Origin: Deltaproteobacteria bacterium | Lineage (GTDB): Bacteria > Myxococcota > Myxococcia > Myxococcales > 40CM-4-68-19 | Length of the DNA: 64,000 nt | Assembly (NCBI GenBank): GCA_005879805.1 | Contig: VBKL01000044.1 | Location: 248-64,247 of the forward strand | Reading direction: 5' to 3' | Part shown: one piece after another, positions 1-9,087 of the stretch | Layout: each line of letters opens with the position of its first letter | Numbering within the stretch: the first letter of the stretch is position 1 | Translations under genes and position numbers: made by a program | The notes under the pieces: generated by a model | Databases searched by the model: none | The model's input: only the letters and a program-made list of their open reading frames with translations | Told to the model about the DNA's origin: nothing

Positions 1-2
1 TG

Positions 3-365
3 CTTGCCAACCCGAATGGCAGCGTGGCGCAGACGCCGAAGAACGTCCTCACCCAGGCCGCGTTCTGCGATCAGGTGGTGCCGAATCCGTTCAACTTCAT
101 CCTCGACTCGACGATGGGAACGGGGCCGTTGCCGGGGCTCCCCGGCTTCCCCGCGGCCAAAGCAACCTTCCAGCTATTCGCGCACGGCGCGCCTGATTTC
201 ACCACCTGCCCCGCTCCCCCGACCGCCGGTGCCCCCGCTGCCGCTGCCCCGCATGCCTTCTTCACGGACTGGTCGATTCCCGCGCTGACGGTGGGCGGCC
301 AGACCGATGCGGCGAACTTCCTGGCTGACCCCGCGACGCTTCCTCCCTCCGTCCGCGTCTTCTAG
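3..365 (+). CDS. 3' end of an unidentified gene entering from the left edge (partial)
   Basis: Frame is open from the window edge to TAG 363-365. It shows the same GC3-rich codon pattern as the supported genes. It is the tail of ORF-track 24..365. No motif recognised. Confidence 0.4.
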   Translation, partial: LANPNGSVAQTPKNVLTQAAFCDQVVPNPFNFILDSTMGTGPLPGLPGFPAAKATFQLFAHGAPDFTTCPAPPTAGAPAAAAPHAFFTDWSIPALTVGGQTDAANFLADPATLPPSVRVF

Positions 366-378
366 CGAGAACCCACCA

Positions 379-1596
379 ATGCGCTCCCTGCTCGCCGCCC
401 TGATCCTCGCCCCCGCCACCGCCTTCGCTGGGGCGTACGCGATTCCCAACGAGAATGCCCGCGACCTTGCGCTCTCGCAGTCCAACGTGGCCGCGCAGAA
501 CGGCCCCGAGGCAGCCCATTCGAATCCGGCGGCTCTCGCCGGTCAGAAAGGCCTGGCCGTCGCCGCCAGCGTGGAGTTGCTTGCCAACCAGACGAAGTGG
601 TCCGACCCGACGCTCGGGTCGGCGTCGCTCAGGGGGCATTCGAACTTCCCGCCGGAGCTCGCGGCCTCCTACGGCAATGCGCTGCCGAACGGCATGCCGT
701 ACGGAGTAGGTCTGTCGCTCATGCTTCCCGGTGGCGGCTCGCTGCCCTGGCCCACCAATTGGCCGGGCGCCAATCGGATCCAGGACGTCGATCAGAAGGT
801 CTGGCTCACGCAAGCGAGCGCCGGTATCCAGCCGCACCCCCTCTTCAAGCTCGGCGCGAGCCTTCTCTATTATCGAGTGCAAGAGAAGCTCGCGGTCCAG
901 ATCCTCGATGCCGGCGCGGCGCAACTCGGTCTCGCGGGCGGCGCGTTCACCTACGGGGTGGCAGGCGAGTTCCATGCGCCCGAGGGCATTCCGCTCACCA
1001 TCGCCATCGACTACAAGCACCAGGCGCCCCTCGAGCTGACGGGCCGTGCCCATTTCGACAACATTCCCGGCTCGCTGACGGCTCAGCTTCACGACCAGAA
1101 CGCGACCGAGCACGTGACGGCGCCGAACATCCTCTACATCGGCGCGGCCTACGAGTTGGTCCCGAACCTCAAGGTGATGGGAAGCTGGAACCTCGAGCGC
1201 TGGAAGTCGTACACGTCGGATACGTACTTGGGCGAGAGCGGGGGCCCGCTCGTCAGCGTGCCGCGCAACTACAACAACGCGTGGGTCTACCGTTTCGGCG
1301 CCGAGTACGCGAACACGCCCTTCCTGCCTCCGCTGACGTTGCGGCTCGGGCTCTTGCGCAGCATCTCCGAGCAGCCGGCGTCCACCATCGACCCGTCGCT
1401 CACCGACGGGAACAGCTGGGCGGTGTCGGTAGGCGCCGGATACGAATTCATCCGCGGTCTGCGTTTCGACGTCGGCTACCAGTACGCATTCTTCGATAAG
1501 GTCACAGCTACCGGGATCGAGGCGTTCCCCGGCACCTACGACACGAAGGTGCACCTCGTCTCGGCCGGGATCACCTGGCGGGCGCCGGGGATGTAA
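379..1596 (+). CDS. Outer-membrane beta-barrel channel, FadL/OMPP1-like
   Basis: ORF 307..1596. Internal ATG 379 gives signal peptide MRSLLAALILAPATAFA. The sequence is beta-strand-like and alternating, with an aromatic-rich C-terminus. Family assigned from general features only. Confidence 0.65.
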   Translation: MRSLLAALILAPATAFAGAYAIPNENARDLALSQSNVAAQNGPEAAHSNPAALAGQKGLAVAASVELLANQTKWSDPTLGSASLRGHSNFPPELAASYGNALPNGMPYGVGLSLMLPGGGSLPWPTNWPGANRIQDVDQKVWLTQASAGIQPHPLFKLGASLLYYRVQEKLAVQILDAGAAQLGLAGGAFTYGVAGEFHAPEGIPLTIAIDYKHQAPLELTGRAHFDNIPGSLTAQLHDQNATEHVTAPNILYIGAAYELVPNLKVMGSWNLERWKSYTSDTYLGESGGPLVSVPRNYNNAWVYRFGAEYANTPFLPPLTLRLGLLRSISEQPASTIDPSLTDGNSWAVSVGAGYEFIRGLRFDVGYQYAFFDKVTATGIEAFPGTYDTKVHLVSAGITWRAPGM

Positions 1597-1603
1597 AGCT
1601 CGA

Positions 1604-3118
1604 TCACGCGAGCGCGTAGCGACCTGTACGGTCCCTCCGCGCCCGGCCTTCGCGCACCAGCTTCTCCAGGTGCGCGAGGAGGCTTCGCTCGGCGAAGGGA
1701 TACATCTCCGGCTTCACATCCGGATAGCTCGGCGGCACCAGCTCGGCCGGCGTGGCCGGCCCGGTCGAACGGAGCGCCGCGACGACGCGCTCCTCGCGCT
1801 CGAGGCGATGCGTGATGTAGCCGGAGATCTTCTCCGGTCCCGCCGGGACTACTGGACCGTGCGCGGGATAGATCGTGCCGGGCTTCAACGAGGCGAGCCG
1901 CCGCAGCGAGGCGAGGTAGTCGGCCATGTCGCCCTCGGGCGGATCGACGATCACCGTCCCGATGCCGGCGATGAGGTCTCCCGCCACCACCGCGCCGCTT
2001 CCCGACTCGATCAGGCAGAGATGTCCGCGCGTGTGCCCGGGCAGGTGGACGCAGGACCATCCCCGCGGACCCGTCTCGATCCGTTCCCCGTCCTTGACGA
2101 TGCGATCGACGCGGAAATCGAGCTGCTCCTGGGTTTGCCCGGTAGCGGCGATGGGCAACCGCCGCGAACGCGCCAGGGCCACCGCTCCTCCGACATGGTC
2201 GTGGTGGTGGTGCGTGAGCAGGATGCCGACCGGCTTGCGGCCCTCCTCGACGAGCAGGGACAGCGCGCTTTCCAGGGTGGCCTGCTCTTCCGGATAGGGA
2301 GAGCCCGGGTCGACGACCCACAACTCCTCGTCCCCGAGCAGGAGGCAATTGGTGTATGTCGCCGGCGGAAGCGTCGGAGTCCGGAGCGGGACCACGATCA
2401 CTCCGCGCTGGAACTCGATGCGCTCCACCACCCAGTCGTGCATCGGCAGCTTCCACGGCGCGCGCGACGGATCCTGCAGGAGCGGAACGGCCTTCGTAAC
2501 CCCGAGCGCCAGCGCGCTCAGCGAGTGCCATGCCGGCGGATGCAAGAGCGCCGTGCCCGCTTCCCAGCGCCGCAGCGCCTCCGCCGGACGGATCCACTCT
2601 CCATCGACCAGTTCCCCCGGCCAGACGTCGGCGCGCTCGCCCGGCGGGAGGGGCGCCAGATAGAAGCGCGCGTCGAAGCGGATGGGCATCGCGGGCGGCG
2701 TTATCCAGCGGCCTGCGGGCGTGAACGATCGCGCGTCGATTCGCAGGCCGTGCGAGGCGAGGAAGTCCGCGAACGCTCCCTCCTTGGCGCGGGGGGCCTC
2801 GCGGCGCAGCAGCGCTTCCCGGGCGGCCATGCGCGCCTCGGCCGGCACCCGGTCCGCTCCCGCGGCGACGAGGACCCCGGTCTCCTCGAAGAGCTCGCGC
2901 GCGGCGGCGGCGATGCAGGCCATCTCCTCCGCCCCGAGTCCTTCCTTGCCCTCGAGCGGCAGCGACGCGTCCGCCGCGTCGACCCGACCACCCGGGAACG
3001 CGTAGAAGCCGCCCGCGAAGCGAAGCTGCTCGCCGCGGCGGACCCAGAAAATCTCGCTCCCCTGCGGTCCCTCGCGGTGCAGGAGGACCGAAGCGGCGGG
3101 CCTCAGGGCTACTGGCAT
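1604..3118 (-). CDS. Nudix hydrolase / metallo-beta-lactamase-fold hydrolase fusion protein
   Basis: ORF 1604..3118. The N-half has a Nudix box '...ARELFEETGVLV'. The C-half has 'LLTHHHHDHVGG' and 'HLPGHTRGH'. Confidence 0.85.
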   Translation of the reverse strand: MPVALRPAASVLLHREGPQGSEIFWVRRGEQLRFAGGFYAFPGGRVDAADASLPLEGKEGLGAEEMACIAAAARELFEETGVLVAAGADRVPAEARMAAREALLRREAPRAKEGAFADFLASHGLRIDARSFTPAGRWITPPAMPIRFDARFYLAPLPPGERADVWPGELVDGEWIRPAEALRRWEAGTALLHPPAWHSLSALALGVTKAVPLLQDPSRAPWKLPMHDWVVERIEFQRGVIVVPLRTPTLPPATYTNCLLLGDEELWVVDPGSPYPEEQATLESALSLLVEEGRKPVGILLTHHHHDHVGGAVALARSRRLPIAATGQTQEQLDFRVDRIVKDGERIETGPRGWSCVHLPGHTRGHLCLIESGSGAVVAGDLIAGIGTVIVDPPEGDMADYLASLRRLASLKPGTIYPAHGPVVPAGPEKISGYITHRLEREERVVAALRSTGPATPAELVPPSYPDVKPEMYPFAERSLLAHLEKLVREGRARRDRTGRYALA

Positions 3119-3170
3119 CCGTGTGCTCTCTCCTTGCGCCCGGAAGTCCTTCGAGTTACTTCCGAACGGA

Positions 3171-3857
3171 ATGTTCTACCTCGTCCCCCACCCGAAGCTC
3201 GATCGTCCGCGCCGGGGCAGCCCGCGCATGTTCACCATCGACTGGGTGGAGAAGTATCTCTCGCGGGTGCGTCCCTGGCACGTGCTGCTCATCTGGGGGC
3301 CGGTCATCTCCTGGCTGCTCGTCAAAGGTGCGCAGGATCCGGCGGTCTCGGCCATCGGCCTCGCGGGTCTGTTCCTGCTCGGCATCCTGGGCTGGACGCT
3401 GCTCGAGTACCTGCTTCATCGGTTCGTCTTCCATTTCGAGCCGGCTCCGGACAAGGAATGGCAGCGCGACGCTTCCTTCCTCATCCACGGGATCCATCAC
3501 GATTACCCGTACGACCGGGACCGGCTGGTGATGCCGCCCACCGTCTCGGCGATCCTCGCCGTGATCGTCTGGTTCCCCGTGCAAGCCGCCTTCGGGCCGC
3601 ACCTGCACCGGCCGTTCTTCGCCGGTCTCGTGGCCGGCTACGTGATCTACGACCTCACGCATTACTACCTGCACCACGCCGTTCCGCGCACCGCCTTCGG
3701 CAAGTGGCTGCGCAAGTACCATCTCGTGCACCACTTCCAGACGCCGGATGTCCGGTATGGCATCACCTCTCCCTTGTGGGACTTCGTCTTCCGGACCTAT
3801 CCGCGCGACCGGTACCAGGGCCTCTCCGTGTCGGAGCTGGAGTCCGGAATCCGCTGA
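3171..3857 (+). CDS. Membrane fatty-acid hydroxylase / sterol desaturase superfamily protein
   Basis: ORF 3123..3857. Histidine boxes 'HRFVFH', 'HGIHHDYP', 'HYYLHH' and 'HLVHHF' sit between hydrophobic segments. ATG 3171 was chosen because GC3 bias begins there; ATG 3228 is also possible. Confidence 0.75.
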   Translation: MFYLVPHPKLDRPRRGSPRMFTIDWVEKYLSRVRPWHVLLIWGPVISWLLVKGAQDPAVSAIGLAGLFLLGILGWTLLEYLLHRFVFHFEPAPDKEWQRDASFLIHGIHHDYPYDRDRLVMPPTVSAILAVIVWFPVQAAFGPHLHRPFFAGLVAGYVIYDLTHYYLHHAVPRTAFGKWLRKYHLVHHFQTPDVRYGITSPLWDFVFRTYPRDRYQGLSVSELESGIR

Positions 3858-4816
3858 AGCTCGTCCTCGCCGTCCCGCTCCTCGCCGCCTGCGCTACGGC
3901 CAGTGCGCCGGTGCGCCTGCGCTCCGAAGATCCGGCGAGCGATCGCGAAACCGAGGCGGCCGCGCGCTTCGCCGACAAGAGTTGCCGGCCGCCGCTCGCC
4001 GCCTTCTACCCGGGCCTCGGACATCTCAGCTGCGGCCGGCCTTCCGAGGGCAAAGCGCTGGTCTCCGCCGGTACCGTGGAACTGGCCGGCGCTCTCGCCG
4101 GCGCCATCGGTCGCGGTCCCGGCAGCGCCGCCGCGCAGCTTCCGCTGCTCGCATACAGCGATCTCCTAGTCGCCTCGACCTTCGATCTGATCCTCGACTC
4201 CCAGCGCGCAGAGCGGCTCGTCTACACGCCGCAGGAAGATCTTCCCGCCCTCTTCGCCGCTCCCTTCGATCCGCACGTGTTGCGCGACCCGCTGGTCTGG
4301 GGAGGCATCGCCGGGACGCTCGCTGCGGGCTTGCTCGTGTCTCGCGTGATCGACGGTCCCTTGAACACCGATGGCCTCGGGCAGGAACCGGTCATCTTCG
4401 GCGCGCGAATGCACGACGCGGTCGGCTATCCGCTGGCCGGCGCGCTGGGAACGGCGCTCTTCGTCCAGGTCGCCGCCGCCGAGGAGATGGCGTTCCGCGG
4501 CGTCCTGCAATCGGGCTGGGCGCGCACTTCCGGCGAGACGGCGGGCTGGGTGTACGCGTCCCTTTCTTTTGGCCTCGTTCACGCGAGCAATCTGCCCTTC
4601 ATCGAGCGCGGCGCCCGGCTCAAGTACCTCTACGCGGGCGTGCCCTTCATCACCCTGCTCGGGAGCTATCTGGGACTCGCCTATCGATACGGCGGATATC
4701 GGCTGTCGAAGCCCGTCGCCGTGCACTTCTGGTACGACTTCCTGGTCGAGGCGATCGGATTCGCCGGCGACCCGAAGCACTCGCCGCTCTCGGCGGGGAT
4801 CGGGCTGCGGTTTTGA
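3854..4816 (+). CDS. CPBP (CAAX-type) intramembrane metalloprotease family protein
   Basis: 3' third of the artefactual ORF 1670..4816. Lipoprotein-like start 'LKLVLAVPLLAAC'. CPBP motifs 'AAEEMAFRG' and 'FGLVHASN' are present. No ATG/GTG/TTG lies upstream of the signal peptide; CTG 3854 overlaps the preceding TGA (CTGA). GTG 3911 would remove the signal peptide. Confidence 0.6.
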   Translation: MKLVLAVPLLAACATASAPVRLRSEDPASDRETEAAARFADKSCRPPLAAFYPGLGHLSCGRPSEGKALVSAGTVELAGALAGAIGRGPGSAAAQLPLLAYSDLLVASTFDLILDSQRAERLVYTPQEDLPALFAAPFDPHVLRDPLVWGGIAGTLAAGLLVSRVIDGPLNTDGLGQEPVIFGARMHDAVGYPLAGALGTALFVQVAAAEEMAFRGVLQSGWARTSGETAGWVYASLSFGLVHASNLPFIERGARLKYLYAGVPFITLLGSYLGLAYRYGGYRLSKPVAVHFWYDFLVEAIGFAGDPKHSPLSAGIGLRF

Positions 4817-4818
4817 CG

Positions 4819-4866
4819 GAGGAGCGGGCTTCGCCCGCGACGGGTGGAGGCCGAAGGCCGGAGCAT
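4819..4866 (+). repeat. REP-like two-hairpin intergenic element, copy A
   Basis: 'gaggagcgggcttcgcccgcgacgggtggaggccgaaggccggagcat'. Hairpin 1 is gcgggc-ttc-gcccgc; hairpin 2 is ggcc-gaa-ggcc. It lies between convergent stop codons (4816 and 4875). Confidence 0.8.
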
Positions 4867-4874
4867 CCGGACGG

Positions 4875-6614
4875 TCACTGCGCTTCGAAGACGACCCGCC
4901 CACCGACTACCGTGAGCACGGGCTTCGCGTCGAGCAGCTTCGCTTCCGGCGTCTTGAAAAGGTCGCGGTCCCACACCACCAGATCGGCGAGCTTTCCCAC
5001 TTCCAGCGTCCCTTTGTCGTTCTCCTGGAACTCCGCGTAAGCGCTCCCGGTCGTGTAGAGGCGAATGGCGTCGGCCAGGGTCAGCTTCTCGGACGGGATC
5101 CATCCGCCGGCGGGGCCGAAGGGCGCCTCGCGGCTCTGCCTCGTCACCGCGCTGTAGAGGCCTTCGATGGGCGCGAGCGGCTCGACCGCGAAGTCGGTGC
5201 CGAAGGCGATCCGCGCTCCCGCTTCGAGGAGCTTGCGCCAGGCGTAGGCGCCCGCCGCCGCGCGCTTCGGCCCGATCCGGTCTTCCGCCCAGCGCAGGTC
5301 GCTGGTCGCGTGCGTCGGTTGCATCGAGGCGACGACTCCGAGCTCGGCGAAGCGCGCGATGTCCGAAGGAGCGAGGACCTGGGCATGCTCGATGCGATGT
5401 CGCGCTCCGCGCCGGTCCGTCGCGCGGGCCGCCTTCTCGAAAGCGTCGAGCACTTCCCGATTCGCCGCGTCTCCGATGGCGTGTACCGCCACCTGCAGCC
5501 CTGCGCGATCGGCGGCGAGTACCAGCGCTTCGAGCTCCGGGACGGGGATGCGGCGGATGCCGCGCGTGCGTGAATCGTCGGCATACGGCTCGAGCATCCA
5601 GGCAGTGCGCGACCCGAGGGTCCCGTCGGCGTAGGCCTTGAGGAGCCCGCGGCGGAGCCAGTAGTCGCCGAACGGCGCTTCCTCGCCGAGGCCCTTGAAA
5701 CGCCCGATCTCCTCCTCCGTCAGCTCCACCCAGCCGTACACGCGCAAGGTCAGCCGTTCTTCGCGGCGCAGATCGGTGTAGACGGCGAAGTCCTCGGCGG
5801 GCGCATCGGTCTGCACGCTGGTGACGCCCGTGCGAGCCGCCAGCCGGAGCGCGGCGAGGATGCCGCGGCGGCGCTTGTCCGGGCTGGGCGGCGGCACCTT
5901 CGCCGCCACCAGCTCCGTCGCGCGCTCTTCGAGGATTCCGGTCGGCTCTCCCCGGGCGTCGCGCACGATGCGCCCTCCAGAAGGGTCCTGCGTTCGCGCA
6001 TCCACGCCGGCGATCTGCAAGGCCCGGGAGCTCGCCCATCCCGTGTGCCCGTCTACGCGGCGCAGATACACCGGATGATCGCCCCCGGCCCGATCGAGAG
6101 TTTCCTTCGTCGGCCAGCCGCCCGGCCCCAGCTCGCGAGAGGGAAGACGCGTCTGGTCCCAGCCGCGTCCGGTGATCCATTCGCCAGGCGCCGCGCTCTT
6201 CGCGCCCTCGGCGACGCGCCGCTCGATCTCCGCGAGCGAGGTGGATCCGCGCAGGTCCACCTCGAGGAGCCCGAGGCCGCCCGCTCCGAGATGGCAATGG
6301 GCATCGTTCATTCCTGGCGTGGCGAGGCGCCCGCGGAGATCGACGACGCGGGTGCGCGGGCCCACCAGTGCCTCCGCGTCGGCATCGAGGGCGACGACGC
6401 GGGCGAGCCGGACGGCCAGTGCGCGGTGTGTCGTCCCGGCGGAGTCGGCGAGGAAGATCGGTCCCCCGCGCAGGAGGAGGTCTGCCTCGAAGGCATCGGC
6501 ACGCTGCCGCGAGGCGCAGGCGCAGGCGAGCGCCGCGAGGGAAAGCAAAAGGGCGGACGAGCGGGCTTTGCCCGCGACGGGCGGAGGCCGCAGGCCGGAG
6601 CATGGGTGGTGCAC
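4875..6614 (-). CDS. Amidohydrolase family (Amidohydro_3-like) metal-dependent hydrolase, secreted
   Basis: ORF 4875..6779. 'GMNDAHCHLG' HxH metal motif and signal-peptide core 'ALLLSLAALACACA'. In-frame starts are GTG 6614/6629 and ATG 6638/6644; the ATGs would overlap the divergent HD gene. Start uncertain. The N-terminus runs through REP copy B. Confidence 0.75.
   Translation of the reverse strand: MHHPCSGLRPPPVAGKARSSALLLSLAALACACASRQRADAFEADLLLRGGPIFLADSAGTTHRALAVRLARVVALDADAEALVGPRTRVVDLRGRLATPGMNDAHCHLGAGGLGLLEVDLRGSTSLAEIERRVAEGAKSAAPGEWITGRGWDQTRLPSRELGPGGWPTKETLDRAGGDHPVYLRRVDGHTGWASSRALQIAGVDARTQDPSGGRIVRDARGEPTGILEERATELVAAKVPPPSPDKRRRGILAALRLAARTGVTSVQTDAPAEDFAVYTDLRREERLTLRVYGWVELTEEEIGRFKGLGEEAPFGDYWLRRGLLKAYADGTLGSRTAWMLEPYADDSRTRGIRRIPVPELEALVLAADRAGLQVAVHAIGDAANREVLDAFEKAARATDRRGARHRIEHAQVLAPSDIARFAELGVVASMQPTHATSDLRWAEDRIGPKRAAAGAYAWRKLLEAGARIAFGTDFAVEPLAPIEGLYSAVTRQSREAPFGPAGGWIPSEKLTLADAIRLYTTGSAYAEFQENDKGTLEVGKLADLVVWDRDLFKTPEAKLLDAKPVLTVVGGRVVFEAQ
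6556..6603 (+). repeat. REP-like two-hairpin intergenic element, copy B
   Basis: 'gacgagcgggctttgcccgcgacgggcggaggccgcaggccggagcat'. Hairpins are gcgggc-ttt-gcccgc and ggcc-gca-ggcc. It lies between divergent genes. Confidence 0.8.
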
Positions 6615-6636
6615 CCTGCTACAGTACACAGACCGC

Positions 6637-7905
6637 ATGCACATCCGCGACCCCATCCACGGCGCGATCGAGATCAGCGCGGACGAGCGCGCTCTCGTGG
6701 ACAGCCCGCAGTACCAGCGGCTGCGCAACGTGAAGCAGCTCGGGTTCGCCGATCTCGCCTTTCCCGGCGCGACACACACCCGCTACGCCCACGGCCTCGG
6801 CGCGATGGCGGTGGCGACGCGGGTCTTCGATGCGCTCGCGCCGAAGCTCGACCTGCCCGATCGCGATCGCGACCGCCTGCGGCAGGCGCTGCGGCTCTCG
6901 GTGCTCTTCCACGATCTCGGCCACGCCCCGCTCTCCCACGCTACCGAGCGGATCATGCCGCCCGCCGCGGACCTCCGCATCCCCGACTGGACGCAGCCGC
7001 TGAAGCGCAGAACGCCGGGGCGGCGCGCGAACCATGAGGACTACACGCTCAAGCTCATCCTCGACTCGGGGCTCGCCGCGGAGATTTCCGCGCGCATGGG
7101 ACCGCGCGGCATCGAGCCTTCCCACATCGCCGCGCTCATCAGCGGGCAGAAGCCGCCGGGCGGGAACCCTTTCACGGTCGGCGATCGCGATCTGCTGCCG
7201 CTCCTACGGCAGATCGTTAGCGGCGAGCTGGACGCCGATCGGATGGACTACCTGCAGCGCGACTCCTTCTTCACCGGGGTGAACTACGGGAAGTTCGACC
7301 TCGACTGGATCGTGCAGAACCTGGAGACCGTCGAGCGCGCCGGCCGCGTGCACCTGGCGTTGCAGCACCGCGCCGTCTTCGCCTTCGAGGACTTCCTGCT
7401 CTCGCGCTACCACATGTTCCTCTCGGTCTACTTCCACTACGCCTCGGTCGGCTACGAGCAGCTTCTGCAGCGTTACTGCGATACCAGCGGCGGGGAGTAC
7501 GAGCTGCCCGCGGACGTCGACGAGTACCTCGAGCACGACGACGTGACCCTGACCGCCGCGCTGCGGGCGAGCAAGAATCCATGGGCGATGCGCATCGTGC
7601 GCCGCCAGGGCTACCGGCTGCTCCTCGAACGGGGGCCATTCCTCGATCCGCGCGGCGCGCCCGATCTGGAAGAGGGGCTCTCGCTGCTCGCCTCGTCGGG
7701 AATCGACGGTTTCATCACGCTCTCGCGGGGCATCCTCGCCACCTACGGACGCGACGCGCCCCTCTGGGTGCGAACGCCGCGAGGCGAAGTGCCGATCGCC
7801 GAGTACACGCCGCTCTACGAGCGCTACGCGGAGCCGGCGATGCTTTCGCGCCTCTACGTTCCGCCGGAACGATTCGACGAGGCGCGCAGGCTGGTCGATT
7901 CCTGA
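6637..7905 (+). CDS. HD-domain phosphohydrolase (SAMHD1/dGTPase-like, COG1078-type)
   Basis: Inside ORF 6172..7905 starting at MHIRDPIHG. Motifs 'THTRYAHGLG', 'LFHDLGHAPLSH' and 'DADRMDYLQRD' are present. Confidence 0.85.
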   Translation: MHIRDPIHGAIEISADERALVDSPQYQRLRNVKQLGFADLAFPGATHTRYAHGLGAMAVATRVFDALAPKLDLPDRDRDRLRQALRLSVLFHDLGHAPLSHATERIMPPAADLRIPDWTQPLKRRTPGRRANHEDYTLKLILDSGLAAEISARMGPRGIEPSHIAALISGQKPPGGNPFTVGDRDLLPLLRQIVSGELDADRMDYLQRDSFFTGVNYGKFDLDWIVQNLETVERAGRVHLALQHRAVFAFEDFLLSRYHMFLSVYFHYASVGYEQLLQRYCDTSGGEYELPADVDEYLEHDDVTLTAALRASKNPWAMRIVRRQGYRLLLERGPFLDPRGAPDLEEGLSLLASSGIDGFITLSRGILATYGRDAPLWVRTPRGEVPIAEYTPLYERYAEPAMLSRLYVPPERFDEARRLVDS

Positions 7906-9015
7906 TCAGGAATTCGGGGCCCGGCGCACCGCCAGGATCACCGCGGCGCTGCCTTCGAAGGGAACCGCCCGGGCAACCACCGCGACGAGGATGTCGGGAC
8001 CCGTCGCACTTCGCAGCCGGAGCTGGTGCTCGGAAGGAGGCTGGCCGCCGCGCACCGAGACGAGGCGCGCGACCTCGACACGATCGACCGCCGCGAAAAG
8101 ATCGGCGAGGGCCGCCCCGGAAAGCTGTGCGGGGTCCGATGCGCCCGCGAGCAGCGCAAAGGCGGGATTGGCGTAGAGGATCCGTCCGTTGCGGATGAGA
8201 CCGAGACCCTCGGGGGCCTCGTCTACCAGCAGCTGCAAGCGGGAGTCCGTAACGCGCTGGTCCTCGGCAGCCTTCCGCCGATCGGTCGTGTCGCGCACCA
8301 CGCTGAGCAAGAGCCGTTCGCCGCCCACCTCGATGGTCGTGGAGCTGACCTCCACCGGAAAGATGCCGCCGTCGCGGCGGCGGTGACGGGTCTCGAAGAA
8401 GATTCCGTCGTGCTGGGCCCGCTCGATCTGGCGCTCCACCTCGGTCAGGGTGGTCGGATCGCGCAGGTCGCTGACCTTGAGCTGCACCAGCTCCTCGCGC
8501 GGATATCCATAGGCCCGCATCGCGGCGCGGTTGGCGTCGACGATCCTGCCGTCCCAGGTGAGCATGAGGACGATGTCGCGCGAGTGATCGAACAGCGCGC
8601 GGCAGCGCGCCTCCAGCGCCTCGAGCTTGCGGCGGTCGCTGATGTCGCGCACGACGACCATGTGCGCGTCGATCCCCTCGAAGGAGAGCGGGGAGCTGAG
8701 CGTCTCGACGTCGAAGGTCGATCCGTCCTTGCGGCGGTGCCTCATGCCCGGTCGCGCCATCTTCCGCGCGCCCTTGAAGACGCCCGCGCGCGAAGGCTCG
8801 TAGATGAGACCGAGCTGGCCCGCGTCCTCCGGAGGGTGGAGCTGCCGGGCGTCCATCTTCTCGAGCTCCTCGCGCGAGTACCCGTACTCGAGGAGGAAGG
8901 CCTCGTTGGCCGCGACGATGCGCAGCGTCTTCAGGTCGTAGACGAAGATCGGCTGCGGATTCGTCTCGAACAGATGGCGGAACCCGTCCTCGGTGCCCAT
9001 CGGGAGGTCGGACAT
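7906..9015 (-). CDS. Triple-PAS-domain sensor protein without recognisable output domain
   Basis: 3' part of composite ORF 7906..12000, starting at MSDLPMG (ATG 9015). Three PAS-like repeats each end in '...RDISDRR', '...RDTTDRR' or '...VRRAPNS'. The stop abuts the stop of the convergent HD gene. Confidence 0.75.
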   Translation of the reverse strand: MSDLPMGTEDGFRHLFETNPQPIFVYDLKTLRIVAANEAFLLEYGYSREELEKMDARQLHPPEDAGQLGLIYEPSRAGVFKGARKMARPGMRHRRKDGSTFDVETLSSPLSFEGIDAHMVVVRDISDRRKLEALEARCRALFDHSRDIVLMLTWDGRIVDANRAAMRAYGYPREELVQLKVSDLRDPTTLTEVERQIERAQHDGIFFETRHRRRDGGIFPVEVSSTTIEVGGERLLLSVVRDTTDRRKAAEDQRVTDSRLQLLVDEAPEGLGLIRNGRILYANPAFALLAGASDPAQLSGAALADLFAAVDRVEVARLVSVRGGQPPSEHQLRLRSATGPDILVAVVARAVPFEGSAAVILAVRRAPNS

Positions 9016-9087
9016 AGCAAAACCGCCGTCCGTGCGCATGGCCGACGGTCCCGCGCGGCCGCGCCGCCTCTGATAGACTTCGTCGCG

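Noticed and set aside
6637-7905. SAMHD1/dGTPase-like HD protein as an anti-phage dNTP-depletion defence gene.
   Set aside because: It lies in a housekeeping-type context with no neighbouring defence, mobile or restriction genes. This HD family is widespread as a core gene, and nothing in the sequence distinguishes a defence role.
7903-7925. Cluster of restriction-site palindromes (tgatca, gaattc, gggccc) exactly at a gene-gene junction, suggesting a cloning scar.
   Set aside because: These are short 6-mers that can co-occur by chance. Both flanking reading frames end with normal stop codons, and similar abutting stops occur elsewhere in the window.
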